A program made the position numbers and the translations under genes. A stretch of DNA of 61,470 nucleotides, taken from assembly GCA_964385665.1 (NCBI GenBank), contig CAYLPW010000001.1, positions 1 through 61,470 of the forward strand, given 5' to 3'. How positions within the stretch are numbered: position 1 is the stretch's first letter; every line of letters begins with the position of its first letter. Shown in pieces: positions 20,301 through 25,162 of the stretch. This stretch comes from an uncultured Saprospiraceae bacterium (lineage in GTDB: Bacteria > Bacteroidota > Bacteroidia > Chitinophagales > Saprospiraceae). A model generated the notes under the pieces. The model saw only the letters and a list, made by a program, of their open reading frames with translations. It was not told where the DNA came from and did no database searches.

Positions 20301-23253
20301 GGCAAACTACGAGATTCTGAATGATACGAACTACGACCAAACAGGTGATCCTGACCACTTCGGAGAAAGTGAAGCAGACAATCCTGATGACAGCGTAGAA
20401 GATGATAATCAGACTACGAATCCAGTAGTACTCGCACCAGGTGATGTATTCTTGAATGTGGACTTTGGCTATCAGCCAGAAGATAACCTAGCATTCATTA
20501 GTGCAATTGGCGACTTCGTTTGGTTTGATGCTGACCGCGACGGCAACGGACCTACTCTAGAAGGTGTCGAAGGCGGTGGAGCTATCGTCCAAGGGGAAAG
20601 AAATGGACCTGCTGACGAGGATGAATATGGTATTGCAGGCGTAACGGTCGCCTTGATCAAAGACGAGAACAGCAATAATGTCTGGGATGCAGGCGAGCTG
20701 ATTATCGCTACAGATGTAACAGACGAGAATGGCTTCTACTACTTCCCCGATCTGCTCACTTCAGGACAAGCAGGTTACAATTATCTAATTTGGGTAAGTG
20801 ATACAGACAATGTGTTAGAAGGGCTTAAAGCGACGTCCGATCTAGATAGTGGAAGTTCTCCGCTATCGGGTACAGGTGCACCTATTGGTCAGAACAGAAA
20901 TAATGTATTAGGTTTATCCGGACAGTCACTAGGCTCAGGGAATCCACCTAATGCTGGTCGTTTACAACACGACTTCGGCTACGCCCCAATGGGACAAAGC
21001 GACGACGAAGGTCTGATTGGCGACTATGTATGGTTCGATAACGACCGCGACGGTGTACAGGATGATGATGAGCCAGGTGTAGAAGGCGTAGTCGTTGAGT
21101 TGCTAGATGATATGGGTAATGTCATCGCGACAACAGAGACCAACGAAAATGGCTACTACTACTTCCCGAATCTACCATTAGACGAGAGCTATCAAGTCGT
21201 CATTGCCGACGAGAACTTTGATCCAAATGGTGTACTAGAAGGATTTGAAAATACATTCGATCCTGACGGTGATATGGACAATGAAGGTGAGCTAATCACC
21301 TTGACAGCTGCTGACCCGATCAACTTGGATCAAGACTTCGGTTACGCAGGTGACGATAGTGCTACTTTAGGTTCTATTGGAGACACAGTTTGGGAAGATG
21401 ACGACGCAGACGGTATTCGCCAAACGGACGAAGATCCTATCGAAGGTGTCACACTAGACCTATACCGCGACTTGAATGGTGATGGTGAAATCAATCCAGG
21501 AGAACCTGTCATTGCCACAGCAACTACTGACATGAATGGTTTTTATCTGTTCGATAATCTACCATTGGGCGACTACATTGTAGATGTAACGGACGAAGCA
21601 GGTGTATTGAACGGTTACTGGCAGTCTATTAGTCCAAACCAAGACGCAAGCACAAACGGTGGAGATGATTCATTAGACAACTCGAAAGAAGATGCTTTTG
21701 CAGTGACAATCGGTAGCGGTGAGCCAAATGATAACCTAAACGTAGACTTTGGCTACTACAAAGACTTAGCAGCCGTGGGTAACTTCGTTTGGAATGACCT
21801 AAATGGTAATGGTATTCAAGATGCGAACGAACCTGGTCTAGAAGGTGTAGTTGTTGATTTGGAAATCACCTACCCAAATGGTGATGTAGTAGAGATTGCT
21901 ACTGTTACTGACGAAAATGGCTTCTACGAATTCCCGAACTTGTTGGCGGACGAGGACTACAATGGAGACGGAGCGGATGAGCCTGAGTTTGTCATCTCAA
22001 TCACCACTTCCGATCAAGATGAAGCAGGAGATGTACTAGATGGATTCGTACCAACTGGAACGGATAGAGGAAACGATGATTTAGTCGACTCAGATAATAT
22101 TGCAGGTGTGGACGCATTCCCTGTTCAAGGAAATGAAAACACGACACCAAACGCGAATCCTGCATTGGAAGACGTAATAGCCAGCTATGACTTTGGATTT
22201 ACCTTATTGGATTTGGTAGGTATCGCAGGTACAGTATTCGATGATAGAGGTCAAGGAAGTGCTACTTTGAACGATGGTACACAGACTGGTGACGAGCCAG
22301 GTATTTCGAGTGTATTGGTACAGTTGTTCAACGATGTAGGTGTTTTCATCACTGAGCAATTGACAGACGAGAACGGAAACTACCTATTCACAGGGCTACC
22401 AGAAGGAGATTACAAAATCACGATTCCTGCATCTAACTTCTCGAACGGTGGTGCACTCATCAATCTACCATTCTCTTCCGTACCAACGAGTACAGAAGAC
22501 GACGATGTAGACAACGATGATAACGGTATTCAAACTTCGGCGAATGGAATGATTATGTCGCCTATCATTACACTCACTGCAGGTGATGAGCCAAGTGGTG
22601 CAGAGGAGACACAGTTCCCACTGCAAGATGGTAGCAACAACTCTACTCAGGATGTGAATACAAATACGACTATCGACTTTGGTGTACAAGACTTTGTATT
22701 GCCTGTTGAGTTAATCAGTATCAAAGCAGTAGCACAAGAAGATCATATTGATGTGGTCTGGGCGACTGCTTCTGAGCAGGACAATAGTCACTTTGAAGTA
22801 GAGCGTAGTGAGGATGCGAAGTCGTTCAAATACATCGGTCTAGTCGAAGGTCAAGGAACAACACTAGAGCGTACGGACTATCTATTCGAAGATACAGAAG
22901 TGGAAGCAGGTGTGACGTACTATTACCGCTTAAAGCAAGTGGATATTGATGGCGCATTTGAATATACGGATGTAGTGAGTGCACAACTAGAAGCAACAGA
23001 CAAAGGAGAAATGGAACTCTATCCAAATCCTGTAGGTACTGCACAAATGCTAACTGTTCAGTTCTTCGCTCCCGAGTTATCTAGTGAGTTGTACATCTTG
23101 GATATTAAAGGAAGCGTTGTCAGAACCGTTCGTCAGGATGTGTTGAATATCGGATGGATAAGTGTTCAGATAGATGTAAACGACTTAGCAGCAGGTACTT
23201 ACTTTATCGCAGACAGTGTCGGTAATGTGAAGGAATTTGTAAAAGTCGACTAA
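8314..23253 (+). CDS. Giant (4979 aa) T9SS-sorted surface adhesin
   Basis: One uninterrupted ORF. N-terminus is hydrophobic with a lipobox-like LLFAC (an alternative ATG lies at 8335). Modules recognised: LamG, a CBM-like module, PKD-type Ig modules, SprB repeats, 5x DUF11, and 13 SdrD-B-like domains (G[DN]xVWxDxNxDGxQD...GxYxF). It ends with a pre-CTD beta-domain and a type-A T9SS sorting domain (ELYPNPVG...GTYFI...VKV). Confidence 0.9.
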   Translation: MLYNYTNMLYKKNRFSVVRPHKLAYLFCAAMLLFACAKQNETNVSFQETPEATTAQTSSYSLSFQESEVELTIPSTTQKVGVRFADANSTTGTRQFSEEGVLYKDVYEQVDVRFYDKKEGAVGYDIILEPGSKLADVRIDLQTEGQPYIDSRGNLNIELGNKKVSHSRPYSYQEIEGEHVRVKSKFVLADNTLSFAVEDYDPEYTLVIDPEITVTENNGNSNMPRVSSGLVALYDFEEASGTTVNDVSGINPSLDLQVENNSNFKWERNVIDIEENRISNTSNNNKIYSSLTATNEITVEAWIRPQDDSQNGPARIITFSDDSNDRNFSLYQDDDEFDFRLRTTTNGNDGDNVRLEGGTIVNRRRYHVVFTRSSSGTARLYIDGVQVDQETVGGNFSNWNSSFDFGLGNEFDTSPTNGPRDWMGEYDLVAIYSRDLSASEVTQNFEAGPRTVSNNDFCDGIYIESNGALYSDRDPRSEEIIEDIPDGDYNITVRTFDVNRNNPNDVQNDEQVRIQFFNGNTLVAQTGSTDDLQDGVVSTETITDLGDFTLTGVDRIVIQHKDLYANVDDSPNSVDGVDICITLNCSLEVDAGDNEMKCEGESVQLRANPSGQSSCSGGSGVAYSWTGPNGFTASSRNINVTVPGTYTVVATDCEGCTATDNVSVSDLDAPNVTIAGDSPICAGETVTLTANATGGSNANCVFQESGGTVVMEAENYSSLDMQQDAEDWEERNDDNDAVGSYIIAPDVPGNGSFATGAKVTYNVNINTPGNYTIYARRQASSGSDNSAFGGFNGTQTGLFDNISSTVNQWVWVNLGSRNLTAGLNTVEIARREAEYRIDRLVVTTGSSPNNNSNGPAESSCDASSSSFTYLWSTGATTPSINVTPSSTADYSVSVTSSNGCEGTASRRIFVRPQPVAVVDNATICSGETVTFEAPTGNPTGTNYTWDFGANASPATATGAGPITVTYTIPAGTNANVNNTVTLTASRNGCEDTDNATITIEDTPRATITKTDAACGDANGSITFTFPDNANRTSVRFSIDGGATFVSSTDDAGSLTFNNLSAGSYDLLAQWGNGDCPTDLPDVTIGDSNPPVVNAGDDVELCIGGTVSLAASATAGTGTITYNWTPGNQSGATINVTPSAVGSVTYTVTATDQNGCTDTDQVTVTTFEDPAVTIDPVDDEICEGASLNLVANLSGGADCIDLRWQFRAGTSGAFTNVQLGGNNYATDPTLAPGTYQYRARYICNATGCESANSSIITVTIFPDPLVTIEIDENEVCEGNTATLTATTLGGVDCDAIEWQRRPAPGNPWVAVGTGDTYTTPANLAVGSYQYRAFFICSGRNCANDASNVINFDVKPQPVATVDDAIICSGETVTFEAPSNPSGTQYTWDFGVNASPATATGAGPITVTYTIPSTRLQNQTSTVTLTAELDGCIATDNANISVLDTPQGTLSATDGTCGDNNGMITITFPDNASRSGIEFSLNGGAYQGTGDDAGSFTFSGLAADTYQVSARWGDNSCPVDLGTTTIGTEDGPTLSASVTNVECNSEATGSINLTVNGGTAPFTFAWSNSATTQNINNLPAGSYTVTVTDANTCTATLTRNITQPSDIMLSATKIDVDCRGNATGSIDLSVSGGTAPYSYIWSNGATTQDISSLTAGNYRVTVTDDNGCTKVLNRNINQPATLGRSVTSTDVLCNGESNGTIDLTVTGGTPPYSYNWDNGATTQDLTGLSAGVYRVTITDNNGCTATIQRRINEPDELTVTTGGDQEICPNETVTIIASAMGGTMPYSYNWNTGSTASQLNNVGAGTYIVTVTDANNCMDVATTTVTESATPNLVIAGPDEICADELAMFTVTPVLSGATYSWTFNGPATPSTASGSAASTTYSAAGTYNVQVSVTTPDGCSGTTSTSIVVRDAVDADAGSDQAICEGGSTTLDGSNSIGNDFNWTILSGDPTSIDGGSNSATIDVSPLFNTTYQLTVRDASGVCVRSDEVTITIDVDQNPTADAAVAESEYCTGADVILDASGSAAPVSDPNATLNYLWYEGDPSVGGTLLGTGEMFTVNPTTTTEYFVITTVDGSTSTCTDTASVTVNIIPCVDVNLTKVVDNKRPNIGDNVNFTIQVCNEGPDRATGVRVTDELPSGYTFVSASSADYNSATGVWNARSIDVGTCKTLVITAEVLGSGDYVNIASVTRTTERDIDSTPNNDPDTDGDGNIGSQDDGDPDDVEDPDDEDDADDAEVLPLQVDLNLTKVVNNTRPNIGDNVVFTIEVCNEGPDNATGIEVTDQLPSGYTFVSSNRGSYNATTGIWNAGNLDANTCRTLTITATVLGTGDYLNIASITDANETDIDSTPGNDPDTDNDGNIGSEDDGDPDDMEDPDDEDDADDAEVLPLQVDLNLTKIVNNTRPNIGENVTFTIEVCNEGPDRATGVHITDQLPSGYTFVSSNRTSYNETTGVWTAGTFDANTCKTLTIVATVLGSGDYLNIAAITDANETDIDSTPGNDPDTDGDGNIGSEDDGDPDDVEDPDDEDDADDAEVQPLLVDLNLTKVVNNSTPNVGENVTFTIRVCNEGPDNGTGIEVTDELPSGYTFVSASPSNAYNATTNIWTVGDIGANDCRTLNITATVLGSGDYLNIASITDANETDIDSTPGNDPDTDGDGNIGSEDDGDPDDMEDPDDEDDADDAEVTPKQIDLNLTKVVSNTTPDIGENVNFTIRVCNEGPDDATGVEVTDQLPSGYTFVSTNQTSYNNTTGIWMLGNLEAGGCRNLFITASVNAQGEYLNIAAITDANEQDIDSTPGNDPDTDGDGNIGSEDDGDPNDEEDPDDEDDADDAEVMPRALGAIGNYVWIDENSDGFQNAGEPGIPNVIVQLKDGSGAVIATTVTGSNGEYLFPNLPAGAYFVDVDESSLPNAELTQTTIFTNNVDGDDADTVEDDGDLGNKDHSGNGYPITLDAGEENLTADFGYNYNETPDVNEPPMDALAAIGDRVWIDSDGDGVQDPNEQGVEGVEVTLTGAGDDGIFGTTDDVTATTTTDENGYYIFTDLVPGAYVTEVTDDEDANYDVLDANFYDQTGDPDDFGEVATNPDNQQTNPVVLAPGDVFLNSDYGYQPTPANNVLSALGDYVWYDADRDGDGPLEEGVEGGGPIVQGPGGNSGADPDEYGIAGVTVTLIRDLNENRTWDAGEPIIATDVTDENGFYYFPDLIATDGVGTDDYVVWVSDTDNVLDGLEPTADSDSFGNPPSNDSGAPIGQSTNAVLGISSLSIGFGVAPNAGRLGVDFGYVEAGQDDNEGLIGDYVWFDDNRDGVQDDDEPGVEGVVVELLDDMGNVIATTETNENGYYYFGDLPLDESYQVVIADENFDPNGVLEGFENTFDPDGDTDNEGDLITLTTADPINLDQDFGYAGDDAQMLGSIGNKVFEDPNANGINNSFENDAFEGVTLDLYRDLNGDGEINPGEPRVATTTTDMDGMYLFDELPFGDYIVDVTDEAGILNGYWQSIGSVQNPYTNINGDTADDPFDRSKEDAFAVTIGGTRPANNLNVDFGYYKDPAALGNYVWVDSNANGLQDDGETGLNDVQVTLTIEYPDGTEVTVVTLTENDEDGNPGFYEFPNLLLDEDYNMGTDGDPATDGLPRYTISVEETQDALTGFMATTADVNGNADDLEDSDSFDGVVAIPTQGEEDTDAEDPATDEAMEASYDFGVIGDLGAIGNYVWVDEDSDGLQDEGEPGIPNVIVQLKDENGIVIATTVTGSNGAYLFPNLPAGDYFVDVDESSLPNAELTQTTIFTNNVDGDDADTVEDDGDLGNKDHSGNGYPITLDAGEENLTADFGYNYNETPDVNEPPMDALAALGDRIWIDSDGDGVQDPDEPGVEGAKLTLSTDLKVINGRLDVNGDGIIDGTDDGTVVGSDGEMYDVFNGFVDLDGSGVLNNDDNDDSALQGGVTIAGFDIIDGRFDIDGNGVDNSEDDGTVFEVGIDMTTTDDNGYYIFNNLPAGVYYVEVTDDDMANYEILNDTNYDQTGDPDHFGESEADNPDDSVEDDNQTTNPVVLAPGDVFLNVDFGYQPEDNLAFISAIGDFVWFDADRDGNGPTLEGVEGGGAIVQGERNGPADEDEYGIAGVTVALIKDENSNNVWDAGELIIATDVTDENGFYYFPDLLTSGQAGYNYLIWVSDTDNVLEGLKATSDLDSGSSPLSGTGAPIGQNRNNVLGLSGQSLGSGNPPNAGRLQHDFGYAPMGQSDDEGLIGDYVWFDNDRDGVQDDDEPGVEGVVVELLDDMGNVIATTETNENGYYYFPNLPLDESYQVVIADENFDPNGVLEGFENTFDPDGDMDNEGELITLTAADPINLDQDFGYAGDDSATLGSIGDTVWEDDDADGIRQTDEDPIEGVTLDLYRDLNGDGEINPGEPVIATATTDMNGFYLFDNLPLGDYIVDVTDEAGVLNGYWQSISPNQDASTNGGDDSLDNSKEDAFAVTIGSGEPNDNLNVDFGYYKDLAAVGNFVWNDLNGNGIQDANEPGLEGVVVDLEITYPNGDVVEIATVTDENGFYEFPNLLADEDYNGDGADEPEFVISITTSDQDEAGDVLDGFVPTGTDRGNDDLVDSDNIAGVDAFPVQGNENTTPNANPALEDVIASYDFGFTLLDLVGIAGTVFDDRGQGSATLNDGTQTGDEPGISSVLVQLFNDVGVFITEQLTDENGNYLFTGLPEGDYKITIPASNFSNGGALINLPFSSVPTSTEDDDVDNDDNGIQTSANGMIMSPIITLTAGDEPSGAEETQFPLQDGSNNSTQDVNTNTTIDFGVQDFVLPVELISIKAVAQEDHIDVVWATASEQDNSHFEVERSEDAKSFKYIGLVEGQGTTLERTDYLFEDTEVEAGVTYYYRLKQVDIDGAFEYTDVVSAQLEATDKGEMELYPNPVGTAQMLTVQFFAPELSSELYILDIKGSVVRTVRQDVLNIGWISVQIDVNDLAAGTYFIADSVGNVKEFVKVD
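8990..9660 (+). other. LamG / concanavalin-A-like (Laminin_G_3-type) domain of the giant adhesin
   Basis: LVALYDFEEASGTTVNDVSG...EAWIRPQ...RIITFSD...RYHVVFTRSSSGTARLYIDGVQV...LVAIYSRDLSASEV. Confidence 0.7.
10411..10860 (+). other. CBM-like beta-sandwich module (type A), shared with the 2665-aa protein
   Basis: VFQESGGTVVMEAENY...GSYIIAPD...GNYTIYARRQASSGSDNSAFGGFNG...NQWVWVNLGS...LNTVEIARREAEYRIDRLVVTTGS aligns by eye with AFQEMNGSVTIEAEDY...GNYTIYVRRNSPDGSGNSVHGGFNG...HTVEIARREDGYRIDRLVVTSGS, encoded at about 57180-57600 on the minus strand. Confidence 0.6.
11047..11571 (+). repeat. Internal ~175-aa two-domain module, copy 1 (PKD-like plus FTFPDN domain)
   Basis: PQPVAVVDNATICSGETVTFEAP...TWDFGANASPATATGAGPITVTYTIP...GSITFTFPDNANRTSVRFSIDGG...; copy 2 is at 12373-12888. 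Confidence 0.7.
12373..12888 (+). repeat. Internal ~175-aa two-domain module, copy 2
   Basis: PQPVATVDDAIICSGETVTFEAP...TWDFGVNASPATATGAGPITVTYTIP...GMITITFPDNASRSGIEFSLNGG... Confidence 0.7.
12901..13575 (+). repeat. SprB-type repeats (3 canonical plus 1 variant)
   Basis: V[ED]C.G..[TN]G[ST]I[DN]L[TS]V.GGT.P[YF][ST][YF].W[SD]NGATTQ...L.AG.Y.VT[VI]TD.N.C repeated with a ~75-aa period. Confidence 0.75.
14587..16806 (+). repeat. Five tandem DUF11 domains, each followed by a poly-acidic Ca-binding-like linker (444/447-bp period)
   Basis: Repeat starts are at 14587, 15031, 15475, 15919 and 16366. The consensus is VDLNLTKVVNN.RPNIG.NV.FTI.VCNEGPD.ATG..VTD.LPSGYTFVS...DIDSTPGNDPDTDGDGNIGSEDDGDPDD.EDPDDEDDADDAEV. 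Confidence 0.85.
16807..19400 (+). repeat. SdrD-B super-repeat, copy A (six SdrD-B-like domains, ~2.6 kb)
   Basis: Domain order and inter-domain linkers are co-linear with copy B. A ~100-nt stretch (about 16994-17098) is identical to 19575-19680. Confidence 0.8.
19401..22200 (+). repeat. SdrD-B super-repeat, copy B (six domains plus a ~75-aa insertion)
   Basis: Carries the same six domains as copy A, from LGAIGNYVWVDEDSDG to ASYDFGF. It has an extra segment at about 19921-20220. Confidence 0.8.
22687..23250 (+). other. C-terminal cassette: VLPVEL...VERS...YYRLKQVD beta-domain plus type-A T9SS sorting domain
   Basis: QDFVLPVELISIKAVAQEDHIDVVWATASEQDNSHFEVERSEDAKSFKYIG...YYYRLKQVDIDGAFEYTDVV, then MELYPNPVG...LAAGTYFIADSVGNVKEFVKVD. 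A near-identical cassette ends the gene at 60227. Confidence 0.8.
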
Positions 23254-23525
23254 TACTAATAGGAGATAGGTAGAGTTGTCTAAAGTCATTAAGCAATGAT
23301 GACAACTCTACTTATCACTTCCTATAAAGTGAGCGTATTTATAGCTGCCAATTACCCATATGGGTAGTTTGACCATGTCGAAAAATACCCCTTAAAAGAG
23401 AGATTGTTATACCTTTATAATCAAGTGATATTGCCTTTATCAGCCACCGCTGACTGGCAGATTGTTTAACTTAATTTTTAAATAGTCTGGCTATTTTATA
23501 GCTTTACTAACTCGTGTAATTATAG

Positions 23526-23558
23526 TTGCCCAGCATAATTGTCTGGGCAATTTTTTTT
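23526..23558 (+). terminator. Rho-independent terminator downstream of the giant gene
   Basis: TTGCCCAG-(9 nt)-CTGGGCAA followed by 8 T. A second, larger-loop hairpin (GGTAGAGTTGTC...GACAACTCTAC, 23269-23311) lies just after the stop codon. Confidence 0.6.
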
Positions 23559-23896
23559 ATCCCTTTTTAGGTAATCTGTCTCCTACGATTGCCTATCTCT
23601 AGTTCTTGTCTCCATTCTTCATATTGTATTTAGCTGAGAGCGTATTTTTTCCCAACACATGTACTACATGTAAAGTAGCCCAATTTCATTCTTGGTAACA
23701 TGAAGCGATCAAATCTACCCCAAAAGTTTCCGAAACAAATTTACCATTGGACTCAGACTTGTAAGTGCAATATACCTTACATTGCTTTCTATTGTACACT
23801 GGGGCGTCCTCAGATTCCACTGATGACTATGAAAATTTCCTCGTCTCTTACAAGAAAACCATATTTGTAACTTACCATCAACTTAGATTACCACTT

Positions 23897-25036
23897 ATGA
23901 GTCGAAAAATATTATTGATCGATGACCAGCTCGATTATGCGCGTATCGTGAACGACTTATTGAAGCAAAATGGCTATGAATTGCTCCTAGCTAACAACGG
24001 ATCGCTGGGATGTAAAATAGCAAAGAGCCAGCGACCAGATGTCATCATTACCGATTGGGAGATGCCAGGATGGAGTGGTATTGATGTTATTAGAACGCTA
24101 AAGAAAGACCCCAGTACAAAAGATATCCCCATCATCATGGCGACGGGAGTCATGACTACTTCTGAAAATCTGAGTATCGCGCTAGAAGCAGGGGCGATGG
24201 ATTATATCAGAAAACCCATAGATGAGATCGAACTAATAGCTCGTATCAAGACGGCTAGCCGAATGCATGACTCCATCAAAACCATCCGCTATCAAAACGA
24301 TCTATTGCAGTCTAGCAATCACATTAAAGCCAAATTATTATCTATTGTAGCACATGATCTTAGAACGCCATTGACTTCTCTTAAAGGAAGTTTAGAATTG
24401 GCTCGACATAATGGTATCGACAATTTAGGGAGGGAATTCTTCCAAGAGTTGCTTGACCTTTTGGAATCAGAGTTGTACTCCGTCGTAGATCTAGTCGAAA
24501 ATTTACTTTCTTGGTCACTTAGCCAACAGTCCACGCTCCAATTGCGGCTGACTACCTTTTCGGTGAAGTCAGTAGCGCAACAAATGGTACAGTCACTACA
24601 ACACATCGCTAAAAAAAGAGAAGTTCATTTGGACGCAACAATAGACAACCATCTGAGCTTAACTACAGATTTAGATATGTTTAATTTTGTACTTAGAAAC
24701 TTGCTTTCCAATGCTCTAAAATTTACTGAATCAGGCGGACAAATTAAGCTAAGTATTCATCAAGACCAAGAGCCAAGTCATGCGATTATTAGTGTTCAAG
24801 ACTCTGGCATTGGGATAAAAGCAGAAGAACAGAAGACCTTATTTGCACTCGAAGAAAATATCCTAGAGCGCCAATCTGCTATCTCTGATGCGGCGAAGCT
24901 AGGAACGGGTTTGGGATTGAAAGTCACATCCGATTTCCTAAAAATGATGAATGGTACAATCTGGGTAGAAAGTATATATGGACAAGGTAGTACATTCTAC
25001 ATTCGACTACCGCTGCACATTCGACAAGACAATTAG
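23897..25036 (+). CDS. Hybrid protein: N-terminal receiver domain fused to a histidine kinase (REC-HisKA-HATPase)
   Basis: KILLIDDQ...DVIITDWEMPGWSGIDVI is the receiver. SIVAHDLRTPLTSL is the H-box. NALKFT is the N-box, VQDSGIGI the G1 box and GTGLGL the G2 box. The start is taken at ATG 23897; the track's 23765 start adds a non-homologous leader. Confidence 0.85.
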   Translation: MSRKILLIDDQLDYARIVNDLLKQNGYELLLANNGSLGCKIAKSQRPDVIITDWEMPGWSGIDVIRTLKKDPSTKDIPIIMATGVMTTSENLSIALEAGAMDYIRKPIDEIELIARIKTASRMHDSIKTIRYQNDLLQSSNHIKAKLLSIVAHDLRTPLTSLKGSLELARHNGIDNLGREFFQELLDLLESELYSVVDLVENLLSWSLSQQSTLQLRLTTFSVKSVAQQMVQSLQHIAKKREVHLDATIDNHLSLTTDLDMFNFVLRNLLSNALKFTESGGQIKLSIHQDQEPSHAIISVQDSGIGIKAEEQKTLFALEENILERQSAISDAAKLGTGLGLKVTSDFLKMMNGTIWVESIYGQGSTFYIRLPLHIRQDN

Positions 25037-25162
25037 TATTACCAGGTGATGACTCTATCTGTAAGCATCTATTTTTTTGATAGTCATAATTTTTCGTAAA
25101 TTGAATCACCTATATCAATTTAGTACTCTACAAAAACAATTTTCACGTATATTGAAGTTATC

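Noticed and set aside
23353-23366. Perfect 14-bp palindrome TACCCATATGGGTA downstream of the adhesin gene
   Set aside because: It is a single short palindrome with no second copy seen and no adjacent promoter elements. That is too little to call a binding site.
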